Shown: positions 37,607 to 48,115, numbered from the stretch's first letter. The stretch is 64,000 nt of DNA from Nitrospira sp. (GCA_005116775.1 SWDN01000013.1:3337-67336); one strand, 5' to 3'. The notes: generated by a model not told the origin, from the letters alone. A program made the numbers and translations.

Positions 37607-38625
37607 AGCGTCTTCGCATTCTCGTCTTGATGCATAAAGATCTGGTGCCTCCTGATCCTCTTAACGGGCAGGAGGTGGCAGGAGCCGAGTGGAAGACGGA
37701 GTACGATGTCGTGTCCACACTCCGCAAGCTCGGGCATGACGTCAAGCCGCTGGGGGTCAAGAGCGATCTTGAGGTGCTTCGATCCGCAATAGAGGACTGG
37801 AAGCCGCATATCGCTTTTAATCTGCTTGAAGAGTTCGACGGGGTGGCCGTCTACGACCAGAACGTCGTGTCGTACCTCGAACTGCTTCATGTTCCCTATA
37901 CCGGCTGTAACCCGCGTGGGTTGATGCTGGCGCGCGACAAAGTGTTGTCGAAGAAGCTGTTCTCGTTCCATCGTATTCCATTCCCGGATTTTATGGTGGT
38001 GCCACAGGGGCGAGCGGTCAAGAGGCCCAAGTGGCTGTCATTTCCCCTCATTGTCAAATCGGCGACCGAAGAGGCGTCGCTTGGAATCTCTCAGGCGTCC
38101 ATTGTTCAGGATGACGACAAACTCAAAGAGCGAGTCGAATTCATCCACGAGAGTGTTGGGACCGGCGCGCTGATCGAGCGGTATATCGAAGGACGGGAGC
38201 TGTATGTCGGAGTGATGGGCAATGGACATGTCCACGTGTTACCGGTGTGGGAGTTGATCATGGATCAGCTTCCGGAGGACGCTCGCCGAATTGCCACCGA
38301 ACGAGTCAAATGGAGTCGCACCTATCAAACCAAGTATGGGATTCGGTCAGGCGAAGCGAAAAATCTTCCCGAAGGGAAGGCCGAGGAGATTCAACATCTC
38401 GCGAAGCGTGTGTATCGTGCGCTCGGTTTGAGCGGCTATGCGCGTATCGATGTGAGAATGGATGCAGCAGGGAGCGTGTATGTGCTGGAAGCCAATCCGA
38501 ATCCACAAATCGCGCACGACGAAGATTTTTCTGATTCTGCAGAGAAGGCTGGGTATACCTATAAGGATTTGTTGCAAGAACTGCTGAACGTCGGGCTCCG
38601 CTGGCAGCCGGCCAAAGCAGCCTAA
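37603..38625 (+). CDS. ATP-grasp enzyme of the D-Ala-D-Ala-ligase-like family (function unknown)
   Basis: Ddl-like organisation: pre-ATP-grasp 'RILVLMHKDLVPPD', 'ARDKVLSKKL', 'PLIVKSATEEASLGIS', 'IERYIEGRELYVGV' and 'YARIDVRMDAAGSVYVLEANPNP'. ATGA overlap with the peptidase gene. Confidence 0.8.
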   Translation: MKRLRILVLMHKDLVPPDPLNGQEVAGAEWKTEYDVVSTLRKLGHDVKPLGVKSDLEVLRSAIEDWKPHIAFNLLEEFDGVAVYDQNVVSYLELLHVPYTGCNPRGLMLARDKVLSKKLFSFHRIPFPDFMVVPQGRAVKRPKWLSFPLIVKSATEEASLGISQASIVQDDDKLKERVEFIHESVGTGALIERYIEGRELYVGVMGNGHVHVLPVWELIMDQLPEDARRIATERVKWSRTYQTKYGIRSGEAKNLPEGKAEEIQHLAKRVYRALGLSGYARIDVRMDAAGSVYVLEANPNPQIAHDEDFSDSAEKAGYTYKDLLQELLNVGLRWQPAKAA

Positions 38626-38768
38626 CCGTCACCTCACGCCGCATCCTCAATATCCAGCGCTCTCACGTCAAAACCCTGCACTCGTGCAAAGCTTCGCCAA
38701 GGTTCATATGTCTGGTTGACGTGGCTCACCAGAGCGTCTGAGCTGGAATGAACGAGGAAGAGTGCGAG

Positions 38769-39338
38769 CTACGGGCCGTAGCGGAATCCAAACAGCAGCG
38801 CAACGCTTGTTGTATCGTTCTCTGGTAACGATGGCGAAAGATTGATGTCGTGGAGATTGACAATTAACGTCGATGTCAAGGCGAGATTGTGGCTAGCCTG
38901 GTATTCCAGTGAAGCGCCGATAGGGATGTACCAGCTGGTATCGTTCCGGTCGATGCGCCCAGGTCCGGCTCCACGGTCAAGATCTGCGTGGATTAATCCG
39001 ATACCTGTGAAGGGGACTAGGTTGATGCCATGATTAAACCGAAAGTAATAGCGGCCGACACCGGCGAAGGAGACCTGAAAGAGGTCGCCCATTGGGCTGA
39101 TCTGCATCAGCGGTCCGACGGAGAAGTTTCGATCGAGATAGTAGTCGCCGCTGAAGGCCAGGGTGAAGGCCGTGTCATTGACCGTTCCAGCCGTGAACCC
39201 CAGGCCGCTCCCGAATCCCCATCGTTGTTCGTCTGCTCGGGCAAGGGGTGTCCCTACGGTTGCGCTGGTGACCAGGATCGCCAAGAGTATGGCGGCGCAG
39301 ATCCATCGTGAGAATGTGGCGGTAATCGGTCGCGTCAT
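38769..39338 (-). CDS. Small outer-membrane beta-barrel protein
   Basis: Signal peptide 'ILLAILVTSATVGTPLARA', alternating hydrophobic beta-strand pattern, and the C-terminal 'LLFGFRYGP'. The start is set at ATG 39338. Confidence 0.6.
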   Translation of the reverse strand: MTRPITATFSRWICAAILLAILVTSATVGTPLARADEQRWGFGSGLGFTAGTVNDTAFTLAFSGDYYLDRNFSVGPLMQISPMGDLFQVSFAGVGRYYFRFNHGINLVPFTGIGLIHADLDRGAGPGRIDRNDTSWYIPIGASLEYQASHNLALTSTLIVNLHDINLSPSLPENDTTSVALLFGFRYGP

Positions 39339-39438
39339 GACGGCGGACTGTAGCACGGCGAGTGGGCCTGGACAAGTTGTTTGAGTGCATAGGTGAGAGT
39401 GTCGTATGCTTTGCCACTCTAGAAGGAGGAGGCCAAGC

Positions 39439-39933
39439 ATGTCAGCTAATTCGATGACTCCGAGGCAAGCAGCAGCAGCCCTGCTGGCAGCGATGCCGGT
39501 CGGCGTGTCTGTCCAGCAACTGGAAGACTATGGGATCGAAGCGACGACGGAGCAGGTGTCCGCGATCACGCGAGAAGTGCTCTCACTGAACCTGTTTTGG
39601 ATCTTTGCCGCTATTGAGGCACACATCCCTCAGAAGTATCAGTCCTCGCTGTCGGAATTTATTATGAATGAGATACAAGCAGGATGGGGTACGACGATTT
39701 CCATCGGTTCAGCCTCCTGGCCTGCCTACCTCGATGAGTGGCAAGCGCGTCGTCGTCAGTATAGCCGGTTGGTTGAAGAAGGTATGAGTCCGCTGGCGGT
39801 GAGCGCGGAAGCTGTCGCCTCGATGGAAGAGAACCGACTGGTGAAAGACGCAGAGCGGGGGAATCTCATGACCTTACTCATCGATTTCGTGCCGGTCGAC
39901 AGCTATGGCCAGTTACTCCAAGATGTCGGCTAA
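39439..39933 (+). CDS. Hypothetical protein, 164 aa
   Basis: ATG 39439 is preceded by GAAGGAGGAGG. I recognise no family. Confidence 0.5.
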   Translation: MSANSMTPRQAAAALLAAMPVGVSVQQLEDYGIEATTEQVSAITREVLSLNLFWIFAAIEAHIPQKYQSSLSEFIMNEIQAGWGTTISIGSASWPAYLDEWQARRRQYSRLVEEGMSPLAVSAEAVASMEENRLVKDAERGNLMTLLIDFVPVDSYGQLLQDVG

Positions 39934-39955
39934 TCTTCTAGCCTGCCGCGATGTG

Positions 39956-40561
39956 TCAGAGATAGCGGTGATCGAGGACCTTCCCCGTACTGTCCAATTC
40001 ATAGAGCAGCGGCGCCCCAGTTGGAATATTCAATTCTAACACCTGCTCACGTGAGAGCTGTTCCAACTCCATGATTAGGGCGCGCAAGCTGTTCCCATGC
40101 GCGGCAATGAGGATCGTCTCCCCTTGTAAAATATGAGGCTTGATGGTTTGTTCATAGTAAGGCAACACCCGCTCTGCAGTATCTTTCAGGCTTTCCCCTC
40201 CCGGCGGGCGCACGTCGTAACTCCGCCGCCAGATTTTCACTTGCTCATCGCCGTACTTCTTGGCCGTCTCTGCCTTGTTCAGTCCTTGTAATTCGCCATA
40301 CATCCGTTCATTCAAGGCCTTGTCTTTCTCGATGGGGATGCCGGTCTGGCCGATGGTGTCAAGCACGAGCCGCAGTGTCTCGTTTGCGCGGGCCAACACA
40401 GAGGTAAAGGCTCGGTCAAATGTAAAGCTGCGCAGTTTCTCACCCGCGTCTTTCGCCTCCTGAATACCGCGCGGAGAGAGGGGGACATCGACCCACCCCG
40501 TGAAACGATTCTCCAAATTCCATTGGGATTCGCCGTGTCGAAGCAAAACTAAGCGAGCCAT
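39956..40561 (-). CDS. gpmA: 2,3-bisphosphoglycerate-dependent phosphoglycerate mutase (short form)
   Basis: '[12 protein letters not shown]' (catalytic His) and '[10 protein letters not shown]'. Confidence 0.9.
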   Translation of the reverse strand: MARLVLLRHGESQWNLENRFTGWVDVPLSPRGIQEAKDAGEKLRSFTFDRAFTSVLARANETLRLVLDTIGQTGIPIEKDKALNERMYGELQGLNKAETAKKYGDEQVKIWRRSYDVRPPGGESLKDTAERVLPYYEQTIKPHILQGETILIAAHGNSLRALIMELEQLSREQVLELNIPTGAPLLYELDSTGKVLDHRYL

Positions 40562-40778
40562 TGTGCGTCCTCTCGATGGTGACGGGATACGGTTACAGCC
40601 CAGAGAATACTGGAACAGGCGCTCAAGTCAAGCGGTTGCTTTCGGCAGAATGTGGCAGTGTCATAACGCCGGATACTCCACTTCACGACGTACCTGGGTT
40701 GGGCGGCGCGGTTCATGAACAGGACTTTGCATGGTTTGAGGTGTAGGCGTACTCGTAGCGAGCGAAATAGTTTCTCGC

Positions 40779-41423
40779 TCACACGCTGCTCGTTGCAGTC
40801 GGTTTCGCCGGTTTTTCGGGTGATTGTTCACCGCCTGGCGGTCCATCCTGAAGCATTTTGAGCATGGTGGCTGCGAACAGTATGTATAAGGCGACTCCGA
40901 TCCAGATCACGTAGGATTGGACACCGCCGCTTTCTTTCAGGACCTCGTCCTGCTTTGCCGGGTCGGTTCTTATGTTCGTCTTGATCTCGCCAATCTTCTC
41001 GCGGCAGTGCCAGTAGTAGACATAGTTCGCTGTGGTTCCTGCCATGATGCTCCAGATCAGGCCCACGGTCATGTCGCCGGTCAGGTAGGTCGAAATCATC
41101 GGACCGAGAGCGTAGACCGCCGCATACACATACATTTTTCGGTAGAGAAACCAGAGAAAGGAGACGTACAGAAATGCCGGCCAATTCCATGTCAGAGCGA
41201 ACTTCGGTTTGTCTCCTAATCCGAACTTCTTAAAATGTTTGAGATAGCGATCGGCATGGGGGCCGACGAATTGACGCCAGAGATGTTCATCCGGGTGGGT
41301 GTCTGAGTCGATGATGGGGGAGGCGATCGGTGTTTCCGGTTCGACGGCGAGCGTGTTTCCACACTGGTGGCAGAACTTCGCGTCGTCTTGGTTTTGCTGC
41401 TGACACTGCGCGCAGGGTTTCAT
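40779..41423 (-). CDS. Zinc-ribbon + DUF2628-type membrane protein
   Basis: N-terminal 'CAQCQQQNQDDAKFCHQCG' zinc ribbon, followed by 'WNWPAFLYVSFLWFLYRKMY' and further TM segments. Confidence 0.65.
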   Translation of the reverse strand: MKPCAQCQQQNQDDAKFCHQCGNTLAVEPETPIASPIIDSDTHPDEHLWRQFVGPHADRYLKHFKKFGLGDKPKFALTWNWPAFLYVSFLWFLYRKMYVYAAVYALGPMISTYLTGDMTVGLIWSIMAGTTANYVYYWHCREKIGEIKTNIRTDPAKQDEVLKESGGVQSYVIWIGVALYILFAATMLKMLQDGPPGGEQSPEKPAKPTATSSV

Positions 41424-41533
41424 TTGTCCGAGAGTATCACAATGGAGCGACTCACTGGGTAAAGAAGCGGCAAGTTGCTTCCACCGGCAGGCCTATGCTA
41501 CCTTCCCTTACTTTACAAGGGGATACGTCAGTC

Positions 41534-42730
41534 ATGCCGACGGAAGAACTGAAACGGGACGCTGCATGTTATCTGATGCAGACCTATACACGTCAACCGC
41601 TCTCGATCGTGCGAGGGAGCGGGACGAAGGTGTACGATCTTGAGGGGCGAGAGTACCTCGATTTCGTCGGTGGAATTGCAGTCAACATCCTCGGACATGG
41701 GCATCCGGATTTGGTTCAGGCGATCCAGCGCCAGGCTGCGCAGCTGATCCATACCTCGAACCTCTATTACACCGAGCCGCAAGTGAAGCTGGCACAGACG
41801 CTGGTGGATCATTCGTTTGCCGACAAGGTGTTCTTTTGCAACAGCGGGGCGGAAGCGAATGAAGCGGCGATCAAGCTGGCCCGCCGGTATTCACATGACA
41901 AATATGGATCTGGGCGTTTCGAAATCCTGACGATGAAAAACTCGTTTCACGGCCGGACGTTCGCGACGTTGACGGCCACAGGCCAGGATAAAGTTCAGAA
42001 AGATTACGAGCCGCTGCTTCCTGGTTTTCGCTACGTGGCCTTCAATAATTTTGAAGAACTGGAACGGGCTGTGACCGATAAGACCGCGGCGATTCTCCTT
42101 GAGCCGATTCAGGGCGAGGGGGGCGTCTACGTGGCGGATCGCGAGTATTTGAAGCAGGTGAGAGAGCTGTGCTCGAAAAAAGACGTGCTGTTGATGTTCG
42201 ATGAAATACAGACCGGGATGGGACGCACCGGGACGCTGTTTGCCTATGAGCAATTGGGGGTGCAGCCGGACATCATGACCTTGGCGAAAGGGTTGGGAGG
42301 TGGCGTGCCTATTGGAGCCTGCCTTGCAACGGATTCTGTGGCGAAGGCGTTCTCGCCTGGCAGTCATGCCTCTACATTTGGCGGTAATCCGCTCGCTTGT
42401 GCGGCTGGCGTAGCTGTCTGTCGTGCCTTACTGGAAGGCCAGGTGCTCGATCATGCGCGCCTGATGGGAGAGTATTTTGCGAAGGCGTTATCCAACTGTA
42501 AAGCGCAGCATCGGGTGGTGAGGCAAGTGCGTGGCCTTGGACTGTTGCAGGGGATGGAAGTCGACCTGGATGCGAAAGACGTGGTGGGTGAATGTTTGGC
42601 CCGAGGCATTCTGATCAATGGAGCCGGGGAGCATGTGCTGCGGTTCGTGCCGCCCCTCATCATCACCCAGCTCGAAATCGATCGATTGCTCGATACACTC
42701 GGTCAGATTTTCAGCGCGAAGGCCGCGTAA
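41534..42730 (+). CDS. argD: Acetylornithine aminotransferase
   Basis: 'FCNSGAEANEAAIKLAR', 'DEIQTGMGRTG' and 'TLAKGLGGG' (PLP Lys). The ORF-track start at 41330 overlaps the divergent gene and is rejected. Confidence 0.9.
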   Translation: MPTEELKRDAACYLMQTYTRQPLSIVRGSGTKVYDLEGREYLDFVGGIAVNILGHGHPDLVQAIQRQAAQLIHTSNLYYTEPQVKLAQTLVDHSFADKVFFCNSGAEANEAAIKLARRYSHDKYGSGRFEILTMKNSFHGRTFATLTATGQDKVQKDYEPLLPGFRYVAFNNFEELERAVTDKTAAILLEPIQGEGGVYVADREYLKQVRELCSKKDVLLMFDEIQTGMGRTGTLFAYEQLGVQPDIMTLAKGLGGGVPIGACLATDSVAKAFSPGSHASTFGGNPLACAAGVAVCRALLEGQVLDHARLMGEYFAKALSNCKAQHRVVRQVRGLGLLQGMEVDLDAKDVVGECLARGILINGAGEHVLRFVPPLIITQLEIDRLLDTLGQIFSAKAA

Positions 42731-42761
42731 GGCGTAATCGGTCTGATCGGACATAAGAAAG

Positions 42762-43733
42762 ATGACCACACAAGTGACAGGAATGCGAGCAGGCAACAAA
42801 GATTTTCTGGATGTTGCGGCCATCAGCCAGGCGGAGGTGGAACGCTTGCTGGCTTCTGCGGCCTTGTTGAAAGATAAGCAGCAGCGCGGGATTCTTCATC
42901 CACTGCTTCCAGGAAAGACGTTGGGGCTTCTGTTCCAAAAACCATCGACACGCACGAGAGTGTCGTTCGAGGCAGGCATGAACCAGTTGGGTGGCCATGC
43001 TCTCGTCCTGCCCATGGCCGACATCCAGCTTTCGCGTGGAGAAAGTGTCGCCGATACGGCGCGGGTGTTGTCGCGCTATCTCGACGCGATCGTCATCCGC
43101 ACGTATGACCACGCGATCGTAGAGGAATGGGCGAGGGAAGCGACGATGCCGGTGATCAACGGATTGACCGACCTGAGTCATCCCTGTCAGGCCCTGTCAG
43201 ACCTCCTGACCATTCGTGAGAAGAAGGGCCGGTTGAAGGGAGTCAAGATTGCCTATATCGGTGACGGCAACAATGTGGCGAATTCTCTGATCGAGGCTGC
43301 GGCGAAAATGGGGATGATCATTACCCTCGGATGTCCGGTTGGGTATCAGCCGGAGCAGCATGTCGTGGACAGGGCCAGAGTCGAAGCCGAAAAAACCGGC
43401 GCGGTCATCGAGATCGGGCACGACCCGCATATCGCAGTAAAGGAAGCGGACATCATCTACACCGACGTCTGGATCAGCATGGGACGAGAGCGGGAGCATG
43501 CGCGACGATTAAAAGTCCTGGCGCCCTATCAAGTGAACAGCCGTTTATTGCATCGCGCGAAGCCCGATGCGATCGTCATGCATTGTTTGCCCGCTCACAG
43601 GGGGGAAGAAATCAGCGCCGACGTGCTCGATGGTCCTCAGTCGGTCGTAATCGATCAGGCGGAGAATCGGTTGCATATGCAAAAGGCTATCTTGGTGAAC
43701 CTATTAGGCAAGAGGAGTCGAACGAAACGATGA
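42762..43733 (+). CDS. argF: Ornithine carbamoyltransferase
   Basis: '[13 protein letters not shown]', 'SHPCQ' and '[11 protein letters not shown]'. Confidence 0.9.
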   Translation: MTTQVTGMRAGNKDFLDVAAISQAEVERLLASAALLKDKQQRGILHPLLPGKTLGLLFQKPSTRTRVSFEAGMNQLGGHALVLPMADIQLSRGESVADTARVLSRYLDAIVIRTYDHAIVEEWAREATMPVINGLTDLSHPCQALSDLLTIREKKGRLKGVKIAYIGDGNNVANSLIEAAAKMGMIITLGCPVGYQPEQHVVDRARVEAEKTGAVIEIGHDPHIAVKEADIIYTDVWISMGREREHARRLKVLAPYQVNSRLLHRAKPDAIVMHCLPAHRGEEISADVLDGPQSVVIDQAENRLHMQKAILVNLLGKRSRTKR

Positions 43734-44941
43734 ACCGTGGCATCAAGAAGGTGGTGTTGGCCTATTCAGGCGGACTCGATACGTCCGTGATTTTGAAGTG
43801 GTTGCAAGAAACCTACAGTTGCGAGGTTATCGCATTCTGCGCCGATCTCGGACAGGGGGAAGATCTGCAAGCGATCAAGGCGAAAGCGCAAAAGCTGGGC
43901 GTGAAAAAGGTCTACGTCGAGGACCTGCGTGAGACCTTCGTGAGGGACTATGTGTTCCCGATGTTACGCGGCAACGCCATGTACGAAGGCTGTTATCTGC
44001 TTGGGACATCGATTGCGCGGCCTCTCATTGCACGGCGTCAGGCCGAGATCGCGCTCAAGGAAGGGGCCGAGGCGGTATCGCATGGTTCTACCGGAAAGGG
44101 CAACGACCAAGTGCGGTTCGAGCTGACCTATACGGCATTGGCGCCGAACCTCAAGATCATCGCGCCTTGGCGTGAATGGACGATGAAGTCGCGGCGTGAA
44201 TTGATCGAGTATGCCGATCGGCACGGCATTCCTATTACGGCGACGAAGGCCAAGCCCTACAGCATGGATTTGAATTTATTCCATGTGAGTTATGAAGGCG
44301 GAATTTTGGAAGATCCCTGGGAATCGCCACCGGATGAAATTTTCCAAATGACTGTGTCGCCTGAGCAGGCCCCGAATAAGCCGCTCGAAGTTGAGATCGG
44401 CTATGAGGCCGGCAACCCAGTGTCCGTCGACGGCAAGAAGATGAGCCCGGCGACATTGTTGGCCCGCCTCAATACGTTGGGCGGCGCGCATGGAGTCGGG
44501 CGTGTCGATCTGGTGGAGAATCGCTATGTCGGAATGAAATCTCGCGGAGTCTATGAAACCCCTGGCGGGACGATCCTTCATGTGGCGCATCGCGGACTCG
44601 AGTCGTTGACGATGGATCGCGAGGTCCTGCACTTCCGGGACAGTTTGATTCCGCGCTTCGCCGATCTGATTTACAACGGCTATTGGTTCAGCCCGGAACG
44701 AGAGATGGTCCAGGCTTCGATCGATGCGGCGCAGAAGGACGTGACCGGCACGGCGCGGGTGAAGCTCTATAAGGGGAGTTGTACGATAGCTGGACGCAAG
44801 TCGAAGAACTCGCTCTATCGCCTCGACATCGCCACGTTTGAAGAGGACGAAGTCTACAATCAGAAAGATGCCGAGGGCTTCATCCGATTGAACGCATTGC
44901 GGCTGAAAATCAGGGCTCAGAGAAAGAAGGCCTCTTCTTAA
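43730..44941 (+). CDS. argG: Argininosuccinate synthase
   Basis: '[12 protein letters not shown]' and '[14 protein letters not shown]'. ATGA overlap with argF. The ORF-track start at 43331 is an alternate frame of argF. Confidence 0.95.
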   Translation: MNRGIKKVVLAYSGGLDTSVILKWLQETYSCEVIAFCADLGQGEDLQAIKAKAQKLGVKKVYVEDLRETFVRDYVFPMLRGNAMYEGCYLLGTSIARPLIARRQAEIALKEGAEAVSHGSTGKGNDQVRFELTYTALAPNLKIIAPWREWTMKSRRELIEYADRHGIPITATKAKPYSMDLNLFHVSYEGGILEDPWESPPDEIFQMTVSPEQAPNKPLEVEIGYEAGNPVSVDGKKMSPATLLARLNTLGGAHGVGRVDLVENRYVGMKSRGVYETPGGTILHVAHRGLESLTMDREVLHFRDSLIPRFADLIYNGYWFSPEREMVQASIDAAQKDVTGTARVKLYKGSCTIAGRKSKNSLYRLDIATFEEDEVYNQKDAEGFIRLNALRLKIRAQRKKASS

Positions 44942-46353
44942 TGGCACGAACATCGGGTCGCAGCCCCGCCACGTCGGAAGGTGGAAAAGCCTGGGGTGGC
45001 CGGTTCAGACAGAAAACGAACCGATTAGTGGAATCGTTCACTGTGTCGGTGGCGGTCGATCGCCGGCTCTACCCCCACGATATCCAGGGCAGTATTGCCC
45101 ATTGCAAGACCTTAGAAAAGGCGCGCGTGTTGACCGCTTCTGAAACTCGCGCAATCGTCAAGGGACTGGAATCGGTGAAGACGGAACTGGATCGGGGCCG
45201 TTTTCGATTCACTCAACAAGACGAAGATATTCACATGGCGATTGAACGCCGGTTGACGGAGTTGATCGGTCCTCTCGGCGGTAAGTTGCACACGGGCCGG
45301 AGCCGGAACGATCAGGTCGCGCTGGACGTTCGGCTTTATGTGCGAGATGAACTCAGCCGGCTCGTGATGGATCTGGAAGATTTCCAGCGAGTGTTGGTGA
45401 GGAAGGGGAGGGCGAATCGAACGGTCGCCATGCCGGGCTATACACATCTGCAACGCGCCCAGCCGGTGTTGTTTGCTCATCATCTTTTGGCCTATGTGGA
45501 AATGATCGAGCGGGACAAGGGGCGGCTTCGCGATGCGTCGGTGCGCGTGAATGTCATGCCGTTGGGGTCTGGTGCGCTTGCGGGGACCAACTACCCAGTC
45601 GACCGCCGGTTCACCGCTGGGCTGTTGGGATTTCCCTCTGTGACGCAAAACAGTCTCGATGCCGTATCCGACCGGGACTTTATGATCGAGGTGGCCTCGG
45701 CTCTGTCGATCACAATGATGCATCTGTCGCGGCTGAGCGAGGAACTGGTTCTGTGGTCGTCTCAGGAGTTCCAATTCGTCGAGCTTCCCGATGCGTTCTG
45801 CACGGGAAGCAGTATGATGCCGCAGAAGAAGAACCCCGATGTGCCCGAATTGGTGCGAGGCAAGACGGGGCGTGTCTATGGCCATTTGCTCAATCTGTTG
45901 ACGATGCTCAAGGCTCTCCCCTTGAGTTATAACCGAGATCTGCAAGAGGACAAGCCGGCGCTCTTCGATGCCCTCGATACCGTCTCTGCCTCGTTAACGA
46001 TCATGACGGAACTGATGCGTCGACTGACTGTGAATCGGGACACACTCAAGCGTGCGGTTCAAGGCGGTGGGATGTTGGCCACGGAGGTGGCGGACTATCT
46101 GGTGGTCAGAGGCGTACCGTTTCGCGAAGCGCATGCGATCACGGGTCGATTGGTGCGGGCGGCGTTGGACCAAGGCCGTGAACTCACAGATTTTACGCTT
46201 GCGGAACTGCGGACATTTTCAGAGCGAATTGAAAAGGGCCTGTTTGCTCGGCTGACGGTCACTGCCGCCATCGATCGGAAGTCTCAGATTGGCGGCACTG
46301 CCAGGATGCGAGTGGAACAGCGTATGAAAGAACTCGATCGAATATTGTCATGA
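44941..46353 (+). CDS. argH: Argininosuccinate lyase
   Basis: 'GSSMMPQKKNPD' fumarate-lyase signature and 'HTGRSRNDQV'. Confidence 0.95.
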   Translation: MARTSGRSPATSEGGKAWGGRFRQKTNRLVESFTVSVAVDRRLYPHDIQGSIAHCKTLEKARVLTASETRAIVKGLESVKTELDRGRFRFTQQDEDIHMAIERRLTELIGPLGGKLHTGRSRNDQVALDVRLYVRDELSRLVMDLEDFQRVLVRKGRANRTVAMPGYTHLQRAQPVLFAHHLLAYVEMIERDKGRLRDASVRVNVMPLGSGALAGTNYPVDRRFTAGLLGFPSVTQNSLDAVSDRDFMIEVASALSITMMHLSRLSEELVLWSSQEFQFVELPDAFCTGSSMMPQKKNPDVPELVRGKTGRVYGHLLNLLTMLKALPLSYNRDLQEDKPALFDALDTVSASLTIMTELMRRLTVNRDTLKRAVQGGGMLATEVADYLVVRGVPFREAHAITGRLVRAALDQGRELTDFTLAELRTFSERIEKGLFARLTVTAAIDRKSQIGGTARMRVEQRMKELDRILS

Positions 46354-46616
46354 AGGTGTGGACGCCGAATGCAACATGCATTGTCATGAGTCTGACGATG
46401 GGAACCCTGGTCGCCTGCGGGGCTGTCGGGGCGCCGATTCCACCTGAAAGCGTCGGTGTCAATCTGACCATTGAGCGGCAAAAGAAGCTAGAAGTACTTG
46501 AGCAGAAACAGCGTGAGGCCGCAGCGGCAGCCGAATCCGCCGAGCCGCAACCGGGCACAACGGTACAGGGACAGGATGTCGACCTTCCCTCGCTGCAACC
46601 GGTGGGCACCCAGTAA
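46350..46616 (+). CDS. Small lipoprotein (LptM/YifL-like position upstream of lysA)
   Basis: Lipobox 'LVACG' followed by a low-complexity, charged tail. ATGA overlap with argH. Confidence 0.5.
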   Translation: MKVWTPNATCIVMSLTMGTLVACGAVGAPIPPESVGVNLTIERQKKLEVLEQKQREAAAAAESAEPQPGTTVQGQDVDLPSLQPVGTQ

Positions 46617-46814
46617 TGGTGACGCTGTCGTCTGCTGGATCTCTATAGCCGCAGGAAGCTATACTGAAACCCCTCAGCTGTGGAATCAGGCGCGATGAAA
46701 GTTACCATTCCCAGTGTGAATGGTTCGCGATCGTCAGTTCTTAAGAATACGTTCGAGGCCTCATGCTAGGGTTTGCCGCTCACAGACTCGGTCCTCTCAA
46801 CGAAGGTGTGCAGG

Positions 46815-47213
46815 ATGAATAATTTCGAATATCGTGACGGCGAACTCTATTGCGAGCAGGTGCCGGTCAGCCGGATTTCCAAAGAGGTCGGCACGCCCTG
46901 TTATGTCTACAGCTATGAGACGCTCATTCGTCATTACCGAGCCTACGATGGAGCCTTTAAGAGTGTGCCCCATGTGATTGCCTTCGCGATGAAGGCAAAT
47001 TCCAATATCGCAATCCTCCGTCTCATGGCGAAGGAGGGGAGCGGGGTGGATATTGTGTCCGGCGGGGAACTCTTTCGAGCGCTCAAGGCGGGCGTTCCTC
47101 CCTCAAAGATCCCGGAAGTTCTGATCAAAGGCGGCGAGATCCACATCATCAAGACCAGAGAGACGTACGACGACTTGATAAAGGGCGAATCGATTCCGGC
47201 ATTTCTCGATTGA
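46815..47213 (+). pseudogene. lysA: Diaminopimelate decarboxylase remnant with an in-frame deletion of the central ~290 codons
   Basis: The N-terminal ~99 aa ('GTPCYVYSYETL...AFAMKANSNIAILRLMAKEGSGVDIVSGGELFRALKAGVPPSKI') run directly into the extreme C-terminus ('PEVLIKGGEIHIIKTRETYDDLI...'). The PLP-barrel remainder and most of the beta-domain are absent. Confidence 0.8.
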
Positions 47214-47242
47214 AGGCTGGGTTTTGTGGCGGAGGAGTGAAT

Positions 47243-48115
47243 ATGTTTACTGGCGCCTTGATTGCCATTGTCACCCCGTTCCGGAATGGCAAGCTCGACG
47301 AGCGGGCCTTCGGCGATCTTATTGAATGGCAAATTGCCAATGGCACGAGCGGGATCGTTCCCTGCGGCACGACGGGCGAATCCGCCACTCTCTCACACCA
47401 AGAACACCATCGTGTCATTGAATTGACGGTTGAGGTGGTCAATCGTCGTGTTCCCGTAATTGCCGGGTCCGGTTCCAATAGCACGGCGGAAGCGGTGTCT
47501 CTCACGAAACACGCCAAACAGGCCGGGGCCGATGGGGCACTGCTCATCACGCCTTACTACAACAAGCCGACGCAAGAAGGATTATATCGGCATTACAAAA
47601 TGATCGCGGAGTCCGTGGATCTTCCACAGATCCTGTATAACATTCCCGGGCGAACCGGCGTGAATATGCTGCCGGCCACGGTCACAAGATTGTGCGGTCT
47701 ACAGAACATCGTCGGAATCAAAGAGGGGAGCGGATCGGTCCAGCAGGCTTCTGAGATCGCAAGCGCTTGCGGAGACCGGATGACGGTCCTTGCCGGTGAC
47801 GACGCCCTGACATTGCCTATGATGGCGGTCGGCGGAAAAGGGGTCATCAGCGTCACGTCGAATATCGTCCCATCTGAGATGGCTCAATTGGTCAAGGCCT
47901 TTCTGGGCGGCCGTATTGACGAGGCGCGCCGAATTCATTTTTCCTTGTCGCCGCTCTTTACCGCGCTCTTTTACGAGACGAATCCGATCCCGGTGAAAAC
48001 CGCCTTAGGTATGATGGGAAAAATTGATCCGGAGCTGCGGCTGCCGCTTTGTGCCATGGCGACCGAGACGAAGGATCGACTCACAAGCGCCTTAAAGGAC
48101 GCAGGTCTCGTCTAG
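47243..48115 (+). CDS. dapA: 4-hydroxy-tetrahydrodipicolinate synthase
   Basis: 'GTTGESATLS' and 'YNIPGRTG'. ATG 47243 is preceded by GGAGGAG. Confidence 0.9.
   Translation: MFTGALIAIVTPFRNGKLDERAFGDLIEWQIANGTSGIVPCGTTGESATLSHQEHHRVIELTVEVVNRRVPVIAGSGSNSTAEAVSLTKHAKQAGADGALLITPYYNKPTQEGLYRHYKMIAESVDLPQILYNIPGRTGVNMLPATVTRLCGLQNIVGIKEGSGSVQQASEIASACGDRMTVLAGDDALTLPMMAVGGKGVISVTSNIVPSEMAQLVKAFLGGRIDEARRIHFSLSPLFTALFYETNPIPVKTALGMMGKIDPELRLPLCAMATETKDRLTSALKDAGLV

Noticed and set aside
40562-40778. 217-bp spacer upstream of gpmA with a bulged GAGCGAAA...TTTCTCGCTC hairpin.
   Set aside because: The stem is imperfect and has no U-tract on the transcribed strand. I could not identify a recognisable riboswitch or promoter consensus.
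43331-43729. Long N-terminal extensions in the ORF track. Examples: argG from 43331, argD from 41330, aroA from 12158, the second antiporter subunit from 1602, rpoD from 27376.
   Set aside because: The extensions overlap the preceding gene in another frame and lack family similarity. Internal ATGs with SD sequences, or ATGA/GTGA overlaps, coincide with the start of homology.
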